From the NCBI RefSeq assembly GCF_006345805.1, contig NC_043007.1:50034001-50098000 (forward strand): a stretch of 64,000 bases of DNA. The letters are read 5' to 3'. The DNA comes from Octopus sinensis (taxonomy: Eukaryota). This document shows, one piece after another, positions 1-10,689 of this stretch (the first letter of the stretch is position 1; each line of letters starts with the position of its first letter). A program made the position numbers and the translations under genes. Below the pieces are notes generated by a model, which worked only from the letters and a program-made list of their open reading frames with translations, was not told the DNA's origin and made no database searches.

Positions 1-31
<31 letters not shown>

Positions 32-289
32 TATATATTAAAAAATTAGGATAAAATCTTAATAAGAAATCTTAACAAGAAATTATCAGGTAGTTAGCGT
101 GAAAAACCTCATAAGAGAAAAAATCTGTAAATTTTTTCACTCGAAAATATTTATTTATATTATATTTAGAGGGCATTATTACATATAAATGCCACACGCT
201 TGGAGGGACTTTTAAAGTCATAACTACCAAAACTAAACGAATCGTACCGAATGCAGCTCTCGAAGCAAGACATTTAAAAACAGAATTTA

Positions 290-353
290 GTTCCAGATCA
301 CCTGTGATTTCGCAATTAACGTATTATCTACGTCTCTTGTTCTTCAGTGAAAC
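290..353 (-). ncRNA. Type I hammerhead ribozyme motif
   Basis: Minus strand reads GTTTCA-CTGAAGA-ACAAGAGACGTAGATAATACGTTAATTGC-GAAA-TCACAGGTGA-TC-TGGAAC. Stem I is GTTTCA/TGGAAC, stem III is ATCAC/GTGAT, cleavage triplet AUC. Confidence 0.75.
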
Positions 354-691
354 GAATTCAAAATATATCATGAATGAACAAATAATGCCCTCTATATATA
401 ATATAAATAAATATTTTCGAGTGAAAAAATTTACAGATTTTTTCTCTTATGAGGTTTTTCACGCTAACTACCTGATAATTTCTTGTTAAGATTTCTTATT
501 AAGATTTATGCTAATTTTAAAATTTGTTCCGAAGAAGCACGTTTCTTACCGAAATGCAGCTCGAAAAAGCCCGCCATTTACATAAATATATGAGGAGTGA
601 ACATTTTCATGTGCTACGATGGAGGCGACGGTTGTCTGTTTGGTTCCGCCGGGTATGTTGGTTTTGTTCATTCATGATATATTTTGAATTC

Positions 692-755
692 GTTTCACTG
701 AAGAACAAGAGACGTAGATAATACATTAATTGCGAAATCAGAGGTGATCTGGAAC
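692..755 (+). ncRNA. Type I hammerhead ribozyme motif (second copy)
   Basis: GTTTCA-CTGAAGA-ACAAGAGACGTAGATAATACATTAATTGC-GAAA-TCAGAGGTGA-TC-TGGAAC. Predicted cleavage is after C749. Confidence 0.75.
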
Positions 756-876
756 TAAATTCTGTTTTTAAATGTCTTGCTTCGAGAGCTGCATTCGGTA
801 CGATTCGTTTAGTTTTGGTAGTTATGACTTTAAAAGTCCCTCCAAGCGTGTGGCATTTATGTGTAATAATGCCCTC

Positions 877-930
<54 letters not shown>

Positions 931-1353
931 CACGGGTACGTAGAAATTCCGGGATGGTGTCCGGCGTGCTAGATGACCACTGGGAGGGAGGCACCCCTTA
1001 GCTTCTGTTGGAGCATGTCTCTCTGATATAAAACCAGATATGCAGGGAGTGGTATTGGACATTTTGGGGGATCTTTGGTTTGTACTAGAGATCATGTCAC
1101 TCTCATATCTCTAAGCCTGCGACTCATATTGGCACCAGACAACTTGCTCTGGCTTGTCTCTGTATAATGTCAATAGAGTGGAGACGGTCTATGAGGTGTC
1201 GTGCAAGCCTTATTGGACCTAAAACTCCGCACAGGCATTGCCTGTCTCTGCTCGATATGTGCTGCTTTTTTTTCTATATCCTCGCGCACAATGTTCCTGA
1301 AGGTCAGCAATGGTCTTCCCCGTTCACGAGTGAACGGCCATTAGATATCTATC

Positions 1354-1416
<63 letters not shown>

Positions 1417-1506
1417 TGTGCGTGTGTGTGCGCGCGCGCATGCATCTCTCTCTATATATATATGTATACGTATGTATATGTATATGTATATATGTATACA
1501 CACATA

Positions 1507-1890
1507 AATTCAGCAGTATCAGCACTAAGCAGTGTTTAGATATAAGCAAACTTAGTTTTGTTAAATATTTTTGTAACGTATTTCAACTTCTAAAGGCGAA
1601 TTCACTGCAGTTACCGTTGAGAGAAAATTCATTGTTATGCTAGAAAGTATAAAAATATCATATCTGCACAATATTGCCCCCTGTCGTATTCTCAGATGCA
1701 GCGTTTCTAGCTCTTTAGCTGGTAAGAATGGAGAATACTGAACAGAATACTGGAAGAAGTAAAGCCGTATCTTTAATTAAACTCATTCAACAACTCTAAT
1801 TGGATTGCGCAATTAGACCGGCTGGTGGGGAGAAGTTCAGCAGTATCAGCGCCAAGCAGTATTTAGGCATAAGAGAAATTTAGTTTAGTG
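1507..1890. repeat. Unclassified interspersed repeat bounded by ~55-bp imperfect direct repeats
   Basis: TTCAGCAGTATCAGCACTAAGCAGTGTTTAGATATAAGCAAACTTAGTTT (~1509) versus TTCAGCAGTATCAGCGCCAAGCAGTATTTAGGCATAAGAGAAATTTAGTTT (~1836). Lies between TA-rich tracts. Confidence 0.5.
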
Positions 1891-1896
1891 TATATA

Positions 1897-1954
<58 letters not shown>

Positions 1955-3290
1955 GCAGTGAAGTTAAAGGGATACATTATACTAACGGTTACTGTGTTTC
2001 GTCTGACGTCGGTTTCAGTGCTGGTTAACCACAACGGTCCTTATGTGGTACCCGAGCTAAAAATAATTGCTACGCTCTGGTGACTCTACTCGTTGGGTAA
2101 ATTCGAGGGTCCTCTTTTGGACTGCGTACGGTCCATGGAGTAAGTAATAGTATTGACAATGATAAGGGGAGCGGGGATTTTTTACCTCCATAATTTTATT
2201 TAACAGTTATTTACATCTTTTCGGGACCTACACGGGTTTCATCTGCAGCAACTGCACACTATTGGCTATGCAACCTAATATCACGGTCGGCGCAGTTTCA
2301 TCAGGATCATCACCCTCTTCCGTTTCGAAGTAAAACTGAAAGAATCAACAAACTGAATGAATAAAGTGCTTTGTGGGAGGTAGGGGTACTACTATTAATA
2401 TTCGTAGGAATCTTGATCTAGTGTTCACCTCTACTATATGTGGTAGGTGAAGTGAAACATAGTCTTAAAAATAGGTCAAGGCTGAATTGAATGTTTATGT
2501 AGATTTGTCATTAATATTAAAAGTTTATTATTCCACTCGTTCCAAAGAATATATTCTTAGTGTAGAAGTATTCTATTACGTTTGATTTATTTTTTGGTTC
2601 TGGATTTCTCAATTGTTATTATAGTAATTATAATTATTATATAAAGTGTAATGTGTTTATTTAAGTTGTTTAAATGTAAATCTTCTTGTATGAAGGCATC
2701 GTAGTGCATGTCTTTGCATTATGCTTATCAGATTAAATTTAAAAGTGAAAACTTGGTACATTTCTTCTACGCATAAATCCCATCTCTTACCCCCTATTCT
2801 ATAAGGTTTAGCTTTACTAATAATATCCCAGCCTATCGAATATATTTTGCTACTGTCTTTCAGTGACCAAATTAACTTACTTAGGCTAATGTTATTTTTT
2901 TCCTTATAGATAAAAGAATTTTCATGGTTAGCTGTTCTTTGTTTGATAAAACGTAAGCTAAAACCTACATAAAAGCACCTTTTGTCTCATGAGGGGACTT
3001 TGCACCTGTAAATCACATTTTTAGTCTTATACCCGAAATTTAAAGGGTATCGTCTTTTCCTTGCCACAGATTCTGATTCTATTATTATTTTCTATGTTAG
3101 TTTCATTAGCGGTAATCCCTAAATTATTTTGTCTATTTTCTAGGTTATTTCGTCTTCACTCATTAATGACATTCCATGTACTGCACTTTCTAGCATTTCT
3201 ATCTTCCCTTCGAAGGCTCACGTTTGAATGTGCTACGGTAGCTTCCATTTGCTTAGTGTTTTTGCTATAGACGTTCCTCCCACTCCTGAC
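1955..3290 (-). mobile_element. Penelope-like element remnant: GIY-YIG endonuclease pseudo-ORF (~2660-3100) plus putative 3' terminal region
   Basis: Minus-strand translation across frameshifts gives KNVIYRCKV...CFYVGFSLRFIKQRTANHENSF...ISLSKLIWSLKD...GWDIISKAKPYRIG/KRWDLCVEEMYQ, typical of the PLE GIY-YIG C-terminus. Assignment of 1955-2660 to the element is inferred from position. Confidence 0.75.
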
Positions 3291-3379
3291 TTTTTTAATT
3301 ATATTAACTTCATATCTCTATATTATTAATCCAGTAATCATATTCTGGTTATTACTATCATTATTCCCACGGAACCTAC

Positions 3380-3470
3380 CGGTTAAGCAAAAGAGACCGA
3401 CAGAATAAGTACTAGGCTTTAAAAAAGTCCTGGGGTCGATTTGCTCAACTAAAATCTTTTGAAACAAAGT
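3380..3470 (+). mobile_element. SINE 3' fragment (family B)
   Basis: GAATAAGTACTAGGCT...GTCCTGGGGTCGATTTGCTC; related to the tail tandemly repeated at 16405-16720 and present at 17170-17250. Confidence 0.55.
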
Positions 3471-3477
3471 ATATATG

Positions 3478-3537
<60 letters not shown>

Positions 3538-3743
3538 CAAAATGAGACAAGAACGCAAAACATCCAGAAGGCGATACAAAAAACACGGACGGGTCATTCG
3601 AAGCCTTTAATCTTCAGTCAAGAACCGGATCATCCTCGCAATTTCGGCTGATGTATATATGTATGTATGTGTGTGTATAAATTCAAATTACGATGAAATT
3701 AAGCAAACAGTGTTTGCTTTAGAAGCGTTGAAATGTACTGAAA

Positions 3744-4142
3744 ATACAGATCAGGAAATAATTCTCAAACGCAGGATAATGCTAACAGAATAGAGTATCC
3801 ATATTTTGCAGAAAAATTTGCCAGCGGCCAACCCCGAGACTCGAACTCACATCCCTGTGATTACTGGTCATAGTGCTTTTCCATTAAGCTAAACTTCCCA
3901 GTGACAAATTAATCTGCAATTAATAAAACTAGATTTTAAAATCCCGAATTGCTCATTAATTTGTCACTGGGCAGTTTAGCTTAATGGCCAAGCACTATGA
4001 GCAGTAATCACAGGGTTGTGAGTTCGAGTGTCGTGGCTGGCCGCTGGCAAATTTTTCTGCAAAATATGGATAGTTTATCCTGTTCTTGCTATTCTGTTAG
4101 CATTATACTGCGTTTGAGAATAAATAATTTCCTTATCTGTAT
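3744..4142. repeat. ~400-bp fold-back element whose arms each contain a tRNA-like (SINE) head
   Basis: Arms 3744-3914 and 3955-4142 are reverse complements. Right arm has A-box-like TAGCTTAATGG and B-box-like GTTCGAGT (3969-4043). Confidence 0.75.
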
Positions 4143-5535
4143 GTCATATATATATATATAGTTAATCCAAGCATGAACAAAGAGGAAACACAACAACGTG
4201 AAGACGTGGAACAAGTATAGTATTATTGGACGCTCAGGAAGGAAAGAAAGAAATATATATATATATATAAGTTGAAATATATATATATAACACCAAATGG
4301 TCTTATCTCCAACCGTGTTTTTTTCTGCTGTGATTTTTGCTACCCAGGTATCGGTTAAACTTTTGAATAATCTGTAACAAGAAAATTCATCTTTCCATTT
4401 CAACAAAAAAAAAAAATATATATATATATATAATATATGTATGTATACATTATAAGCTAGTAGTTGCGTATGTGCTGTTTTTAACCATATGTGTATTTTC
4501 TAGAGATATCTATTTTCATTTATTCGTGCTTGAAAGTGGAATTATGTGTGATGCTATTGTACGGATAAGCGTATATGTCCTCCACGTATGTGTACGTGTG
4601 TGTGTGCGCGTGAGTATATCTATGGTATATTTTTGTGTGTATGTCAGCAGTTTTGGTGACGTCATAGTAAACATTTTCCTTGGGACGTTTTCGAGAATAA
4701 AATGAGAGTAAAAAAAACAGCCATTTTTTATATCTCCTCTAAATAGTTCTTTAAAATGAAATATTTCTATGGATTCTCGTGAGACTTGAGAATTTATATT
4801 AGATTTATTTTTGTAGTGCTTTTTTTTTGTCTGTATGTAGTGTATTTCACCATTCCACAATAACATCTTATCAAATTACGGTTGACACATGTGTGTGTAC
4901 CTCACAGCATGCTTCAAGAATTAATTGTAAGCCGGAACTATTCAACATAGCAACACACCCAAATGTTAGGACATGAATAACTTGTTAAAATTAACCGTAC
5001 TAAATTACTTTTAATCCTTTTGATAAATTTTTGTTGGATTTTATTTCAGTTTAATAATACATTGGTTAATTTTTGATTCGGAATAAGGAAAATACATTTT
5101 TACTCAGAACTGCCTTATTGAAAATTGAATATAGGGCTGGTTGAGTGACTAACCTGTCTGACAATAACATTGGGAAGACAAAAGTTCATGTCCTGCCATC
5201 GGTATGGCGTTGTGTCTGTAAGCCTGTATGTTTATACATAAATAGAATGAGTGATAGAGTTGAAATGTATGATTCTCGGAAGTTTTGACCGTTTTCTATT
5301 TACAAATCATTCCGTCGGTTGCAGGGAAAGTGTTTCACATTTCATTTAGATAGAGGGAATCCAATCTACTGTCAATTCTTCTTGAAACACATTTAACAGT
5401 GAAGTGACAAAGACGACGAAGAAGATAATGATGATGACGATGGTGATGACGATAGTAGTGGTGGTGGAGAAGATGATGATGAGGGAATATGTAAAAGAAG
5501 CTGATCGGCGCTTTCTACAAAGCTAAGCGACTCAC

Positions 5536-5627
5536 CTTCTTTTAACAATGAACTTTTATATTCGAAGGAATTCGTAGCTTTCTTCAAAATGGCCTCTACT
5601 CGTCTGTGTCTCATCAAACACTCTCCC
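5536..5627 (-). CDS. Weak candidate host exon (92 nt; GECLMRHRRVEAILKKATNSFEYKSSLLKE)
   Basis: CAG acceptor at 5628-5630, strong donor AAG|GTGAGT, one open frame. Polypyrimidine tract is poor and I recognise no homology. Confidence 0.15.
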
Positions 5628-5774
5628 CTGGTATTTATTTGGAGTTACATATAAATTGGCAAAGTAAAATCTGACAGGATTTGGACTCGGAACACTGTAA
5701 ACCAAAATGCTTCACAGGTAATCACAAGATACTGCATCCGATCATCTCCTGAGGCTGACGTGTAATCAATTAGA

Positions 5775-5955
5775 GCATACATACGTACATGCATACATAC
5801 ATATATGTATGTATACACACAGATACATACATACATACATACATACATCATACATACATACATACATACATACATACATACATACATTCCCACATACATA
5901 CATACATACATACATACATACATACATACATACATACATACATACATACATACAT
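5775..5955. repeat. (TACA)n microsatellite
   Basis: Direct reading. Confidence 0.95.
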
Positions 5956-6435
5956 GCTGTTGACTCGTTACATTATGTATGACCATTATATTACTCGTTA
6001 CATTAGTATGACCAAATAATCTTGCTTCTGGGTGCTTTTATTTTGGTGGGGGAGAGCGTTTCCACCCCCTTTTTTATGCTTTCGTTCCTTTTTTAATCAA
6101 AGGTTAAGAGATCCACAATAGTTTATAACACCACTAAGTGATCTGCATTTTTTGTTCCAGATATGGCATTCATTTTCATGTGTTGCAATCCAGTGTACTC
6201 TCATGTGCCTTCCGAGTCATGATCAGTAGGAAATTTTCAGCGGAAAATTTACCTACCAGATACATCCATACATACATGTAAATACGTCCGGCCGCGCACC
6301 TGTCTGTCCGTCCGTCCGCCCGTCCGTCCGTCCTTCCATCCATCCATCCATCCATAATACAAACATACATACATACATACATACATACATACATACATAC
6401 ATACATACATACATACATACATACATACATAACTA

Positions 6436-6720
6436 GTACTTCGTCGGTTGCAACGCAGTGAGTTTCATTCGATCTAATCAATGGAACAGCTTGCTCGTGA
6501 AATTAAAATGCAAGTGGCTGAGTATTCCAGAAACAGGCGTACCCTTAACGTTGTTCCCAGAGAGATTCAGTGTAACATACAATGTGATAACACTAGCCCT
6601 TTGAAATACAGGTACTACTCAGCAGCTGAGTGGATTGGAGCAAGGTGAAATAAAGTGTCTTACTCAAGGAATTGAACTCACGACTTTACGATCGTTAGCC
6701 GAATACCCCAACCATTGAAC
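6436..6720 (-). mobile_element. tRNA-derived SINE (family C), degenerate
   Basis: Homologous to 43700-44020 (GGAACAGC.TGCTCGTGAAATTAA...CAGCTGAGTGGA.TGGAGCAA.GTGAAATA). Confidence 0.75.
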
Positions 6721-7012
6721 AACGCACCTTAACTCTACAGCCCCACACCCCACACACAAACTCATTCACAAGTTAATAAAGATTACACCTTTCTAAATAG
6801 TAAATCGAGCCAAAGAGAGTATTCAATACTGTAAAAAGTACTATATTAATTTAATTTGGTTGGTTGAACTCAACACCGGCCCCTACTAACAGTTTCGTAG
6901 CATACGCAGATTATACTGTTCGTCTGGTTACTTTATTGGAAGTCTAAAACATTTTCATGCCAAGAAACTTCCTCAAGTGACCACTGTTAGTTAAGGTGAA
7001 TCAAATCATGTA

Positions 7013-7045
<33 letters not shown>

Positions 7046-7050
<5 letters not shown>

Positions 7051-7663
7051 TAAAAACGGTGAGATAACAAAAGAAAGAAAGAGACCTCAATATTATGTAG
7101 AGGAAATTTATCTATAAAATAATATGTTACATTACTCAATAGTCAAGATAAAACTCTGAGTTTCAGATGCCGAAGTGGAAATCCACAACACCATCTCTTC
7201 GGTTATCTGGCCATCTGAAAAACGCTATGAAAAAATACCGTTATATAAAGGGAAATCACTGTATTATAATTCTGCTCGCGAACCCACGTGCGTACTTATA
7301 CGTCACTATGAAAACGTACACATCTTCACTCGCATTTTTCGCCAAATATATACGCATATGTATACGACCTCGTACACACACACATGCGTACCGTAAAAGT
7401 TCATACATACGTCTATATACGCACAAACACAAGAAAAACCATGGTTTCTTGTGTTTGTACGTGTATAGACGTATGTATGAACTTTTACGGTACGCATGTG
7501 AGTGTGTAGGAGGTCGTATATATATGCGTATATATTTGGCGAAAAATGCGAGTGAAGATGTGTACGTTTTCATAGTGACGTATAAGTACGCACGTGGGTT
7601 CGCGAGCAGAATTATAATACAGTGATTTCCCTTTATATAACGGTATTTTTTCATAGCGTTTTA
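7046..7663 (-). mobile_element. Fold-back non-coding element with HHR-like motif (same family as 10079-10530)
   Basis: Near-perfect palindrome 7220-7663 centred on CCATGG (~7441). 7046-7260 is homologous to the arms of 10079-10530. (TA)n lies on the left. Confidence 0.75.
7147..7207 (-). ncRNA. Type I hammerhead-like motif, U4C core variant
   Basis: GATAA-CCGAAGA-GATG...CATCT-GAAA-CTCAGAG-TT-TTATC. Stem I is GATAA/TTATC, stem III is ACTC-A-GAGT. Confidence 0.55.
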
Positions 7664-7744
7664 ACCTTTAAAGGTATTTTTTAGTATGCTAGCGATTGAT
7701 AAAATTTATTTTTTTCGAAAAATGTTATCCTATATTAGATGTAC

Positions 7745-7801
<57 letters not shown>

Positions 7802-7808
<7 letters not shown>

Positions 7809-8380
7809 ATATTTCGGAATGGTCATATTGCCAGTTTAGCCAATAAAAACACACGCACTATATATTTGGTGTTATTTTGCTTCAGTGATATTTATTTTTT
7901 ACATTAATCTTAATCTTATTTCGGCCAAAGTTCTTTCGTCACACTCCTGTGACCGCATCAGTGGTCCTTTGTTTTCTTCTCACTTACTTGTGTATCTCCT
8001 TACTAACCGTCAGCCATTTTGTATATATATATATATATATATGTATGTATATATGTATGTACGTATGTATGTATGTATGTATGTATGTATGTATGTATGT
8101 ATGTATGTATGTATGCATGTATGTGTGTATGCATGTATGTAAACTTGTGAGTGAGTGAGAGAGAAAGGTAGAGAGAGTGTTTGTGTGTATGCGTGTTGGG
8201 TTTGTTTACATAAGAATTTACTCACTAGTAAAAATATTTTCTCTTGTTTACTTTTCTTTTGTATTTTAATCGTCATTAACAAGAACGTGCACTACACACA
8301 CACTCACACATGTATATATATGTGTGTTGTGTGTGCATGTGTGTGCGTTTATGTATACACACACACATATATATATATCT

Positions 8381-8414
<34 letters not shown>

Positions 8415-8415
8415 C

Positions 8416-8501
<86 letters not shown>

Positions 8502-9009
8502 ATATTTCGGAATGGTCATATTGCCAGTTTAGCCAATAAAAACACACGCACTATATATTTGGTGTTATTTTGCTTCAGTGATATTTATTTTTTACATTAA
8601 TCTTAATCTTATTTCGGCCAAGTTCTTTCGTCACACTCCTGTGACCGCATCAGTGGTCCTTTGTTTTCTTCTCACTTATTTGTGTCTCTCCTTACTAACC
8701 GTCAGCCATTTTGTATTTCTATTGCATGTCTTCATTTGCGCATGCTTATATCTCTATGTGCGTCTATGTTTATTTAGTGTGTGTGTGGGGGATGCCTGTA
8801 ATATTTGTATCTTCTGTTTATATACATTCTTGTAATTTGTATTTTGTTTTTGTTGTTGTTGCTTTTGTTCTAATTTTGTTCATGTGTTTACATCCACCCA
8901 TTATTATCATTACATATGCTTGTATGTATGTATAACAACAATATTAGTAATAATAATAATAAATCTAATCGAAAAAAAAATATATATACACACATATATA
9001 CACATATAC

Positions 9010-9044
<35 letters not shown>

Positions 9045-10012
9045 TACATAGATATATATACATATATATAGTTATTCATTTCTATCTGTTTATTTATCTG
9101 TGTATTTATTATGTTTTCAGGATCCTCTATCGTCATATGTTGTGGTGTGTGCTATTGCTCCATTCTAGTTTTCTATTCAGGCTAGGTTTATTTTCTATTA
9201 TATGTGTAGCTTCTGTAATTTGTCTAATTGTTGCATCTGTTCTATGTGTGGACAATATCTAATCTCTATGTTATTGATTGATCCCCCGTGTTCCTGTTCG
9301 GCGTGTTGGTACAGAATCGATGAGCTTTTACCTTCCTTGAGTTGTCTCCAATGCTTCTTGCTGTTTCCCCTACGTATGTTACTGTCTCGTTACTGCATCG
9401 TCCCTCTATACATCTTATACTATAGACTACATTTCTGGCTTTACAGTTTGTTTGTGGGCTAAATCTACATACAGTGCAATAGTTATCCGTACAGAGGGTT
9501 CTACTAAAAGGATAGGTTCTACCAATTATAGATCTGATAGGGTTGCCTGGCTTTTCAACAACCTTAATTCTTAGTTTAAGTTTATCTAGGGTCCTTCTAA
9601 AGCGGTACGCCAGTTCACCTCCAGGGGTGGTGTCAACGAACATGACACTCTGGTATTTATGGCTATCATACCAAGAGTTGGCCTTCCCTATTTTCTTTTT
9701 TTTTTTTTGTCCTTTCTATAGTGTTCCATGACTTGTTCCTATAGATTGGGCAAATCCCATTCCTCTCATTACATAATATATTATCAAATTTCTTCATGGC
9801 TGACGGTTAGTAAGGAGAGACACAAATAAGTGAGAAGAAAACAAAGGACCACTGATGCGGTCACAGGAGTGTGACGAAAGAACTTTGGCCGAAATAAGAT
9901 TAAGATTAATGTAAAAAATAAATATCACTGAAGCAAAATAACACCAAATATATAGTGCGTGTGTTTTTATTGGCTAAACTGGCAATATGACCATTCCGAA
10001 ATATAACAATAT
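7802..10012 (-). mobile_element. Penelope-like element: inverted 5' pLTR (9797-10012), truncated ORF (~9130-9770), tandem 3' pLTRs (8495-8716 and 7802-8020)
   Basis: ORF 9266-9643 reads Cys-rich linker CTDNYCTVC then RNVVYSIRC...TYVGETARSIGD (GIY-YIG). Three near-identical ~215-bp terminal repeats, two direct and one inverted. Confidence 0.85.
9846..9890 (+). ncRNA. Hammerhead-like motif in pLTR (non-canonical core); copies at 7923-7967 (-) and 8616-8659 (-)
   Basis: GGACCA-CTGATGCG-GTCAC-aggagt-GTGAC-GAAA-GAAC-TT-TGGCC. Stems I and II pair, but the core has A9C plus an extra base. Confidence 0.4.
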
Positions 10013-10078
10013 CTGTTTCAACACACGACTTCACATAAAAAATCTTGCACAACAAATATTTAAACGTATATATATATA

Positions 10079-10528
10079 TCTGTAAATGTAATATGTGACA
10101 ATTATTCGGTAGCCATGATAAAACTCCGAGTTTCGGATGTCGGGGTGGAAATCCACGCTGCCATCTCTTCAGTTATCCGACCATCGGCAAAAAATGTTAT
10201 GAAAATGACCGTTAAACAAAGGGAACTTACTGTGTGATTGACCGTTATTAAGACAAAAGAACTATTTGAATGATCTATTGAGCTCTTTGTCTAAATAGCT
10301 CTTTTTTCTTAATAACGGTCAATCACAGAGTAGTTTCCCATTGTTTAACGGTCATTTTCATAGCATTTTTTCCGATGAAGTGATGGCAGCGTGAATTTCC
10401 ACCCCGACATTCGAAACTCGGAGTTTTATCATGGCTACCGATTAATTGTCACATATTACATTTACAGATAAATTCCTCTATTTACATAATATCGAGATCT
10501 CTTTCATTCTTTTGTTGTCTTACCACTT

Positions 10529-10530
<2 letters not shown>
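10079..10530. mobile_element. Fold-back element (~390-bp palindrome 10079-10470) with an HHR-type motif in each arm
   Basis: Arms are reverse complements centred near 10275. Right arm extends to 10530 and matches the 7046-7140 terminus. Flanked by (TA)n and (ATCT)n. Confidence 0.8.
10117..10177 (-). ncRNA. Type I hammerhead ribozyme motif
   Basis: GATAA-CTGAAGA-GATGGCAGCGTGGATTTCCACCCCGACATCC-GAAA-CTCGGAG-TT-TTATC. Perfect 5-bp stem I, self-complementary stem III ACTC-G-GAGT, GUU triplet. The mirror copy at 10372-10430 (+) has a damaged 5' half. Confidence 0.7.
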
Positions 10531-10626
<96 letters not shown>

Positions 10627-10632
10627 CTCTCA

Positions 10633-10689
<57 letters not shown>

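Larger units (their letters stand above)
41..888. mobile_element. Non-coding HHR-bearing repeat (PLE pseudo-LTR / retrozyme-like): forward ~484-nt unit 381-864 plus an inverted partial copy 41-380
   Basis: 41-180 is the reverse complement of 381-520, and 166-381 is the reverse complement of 661-878. AATAATGCCCTCTATATATAATAT occurs at 381 and again at 865. Flanked by (TA)n on both sides. Confidence 0.75.

Noticed and set aside
1985-2345. Several HHR half-motifs (CTGATGA; GAAACACAGTA; GAAACC..GGTC) in the putative PLE terminal region
   Set aside because: They could not be assembled into one fold with a valid stem I.
3735-3770. CTGAAAA...GAAA motif
   Set aside because: Core lacks G8; no stem II or stem I.
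7167-7654. Mirror-image ORFs of 152 aa (+) and 132 aa (-)
   Set aside because: Artefact of the palindrome; no protein motif.
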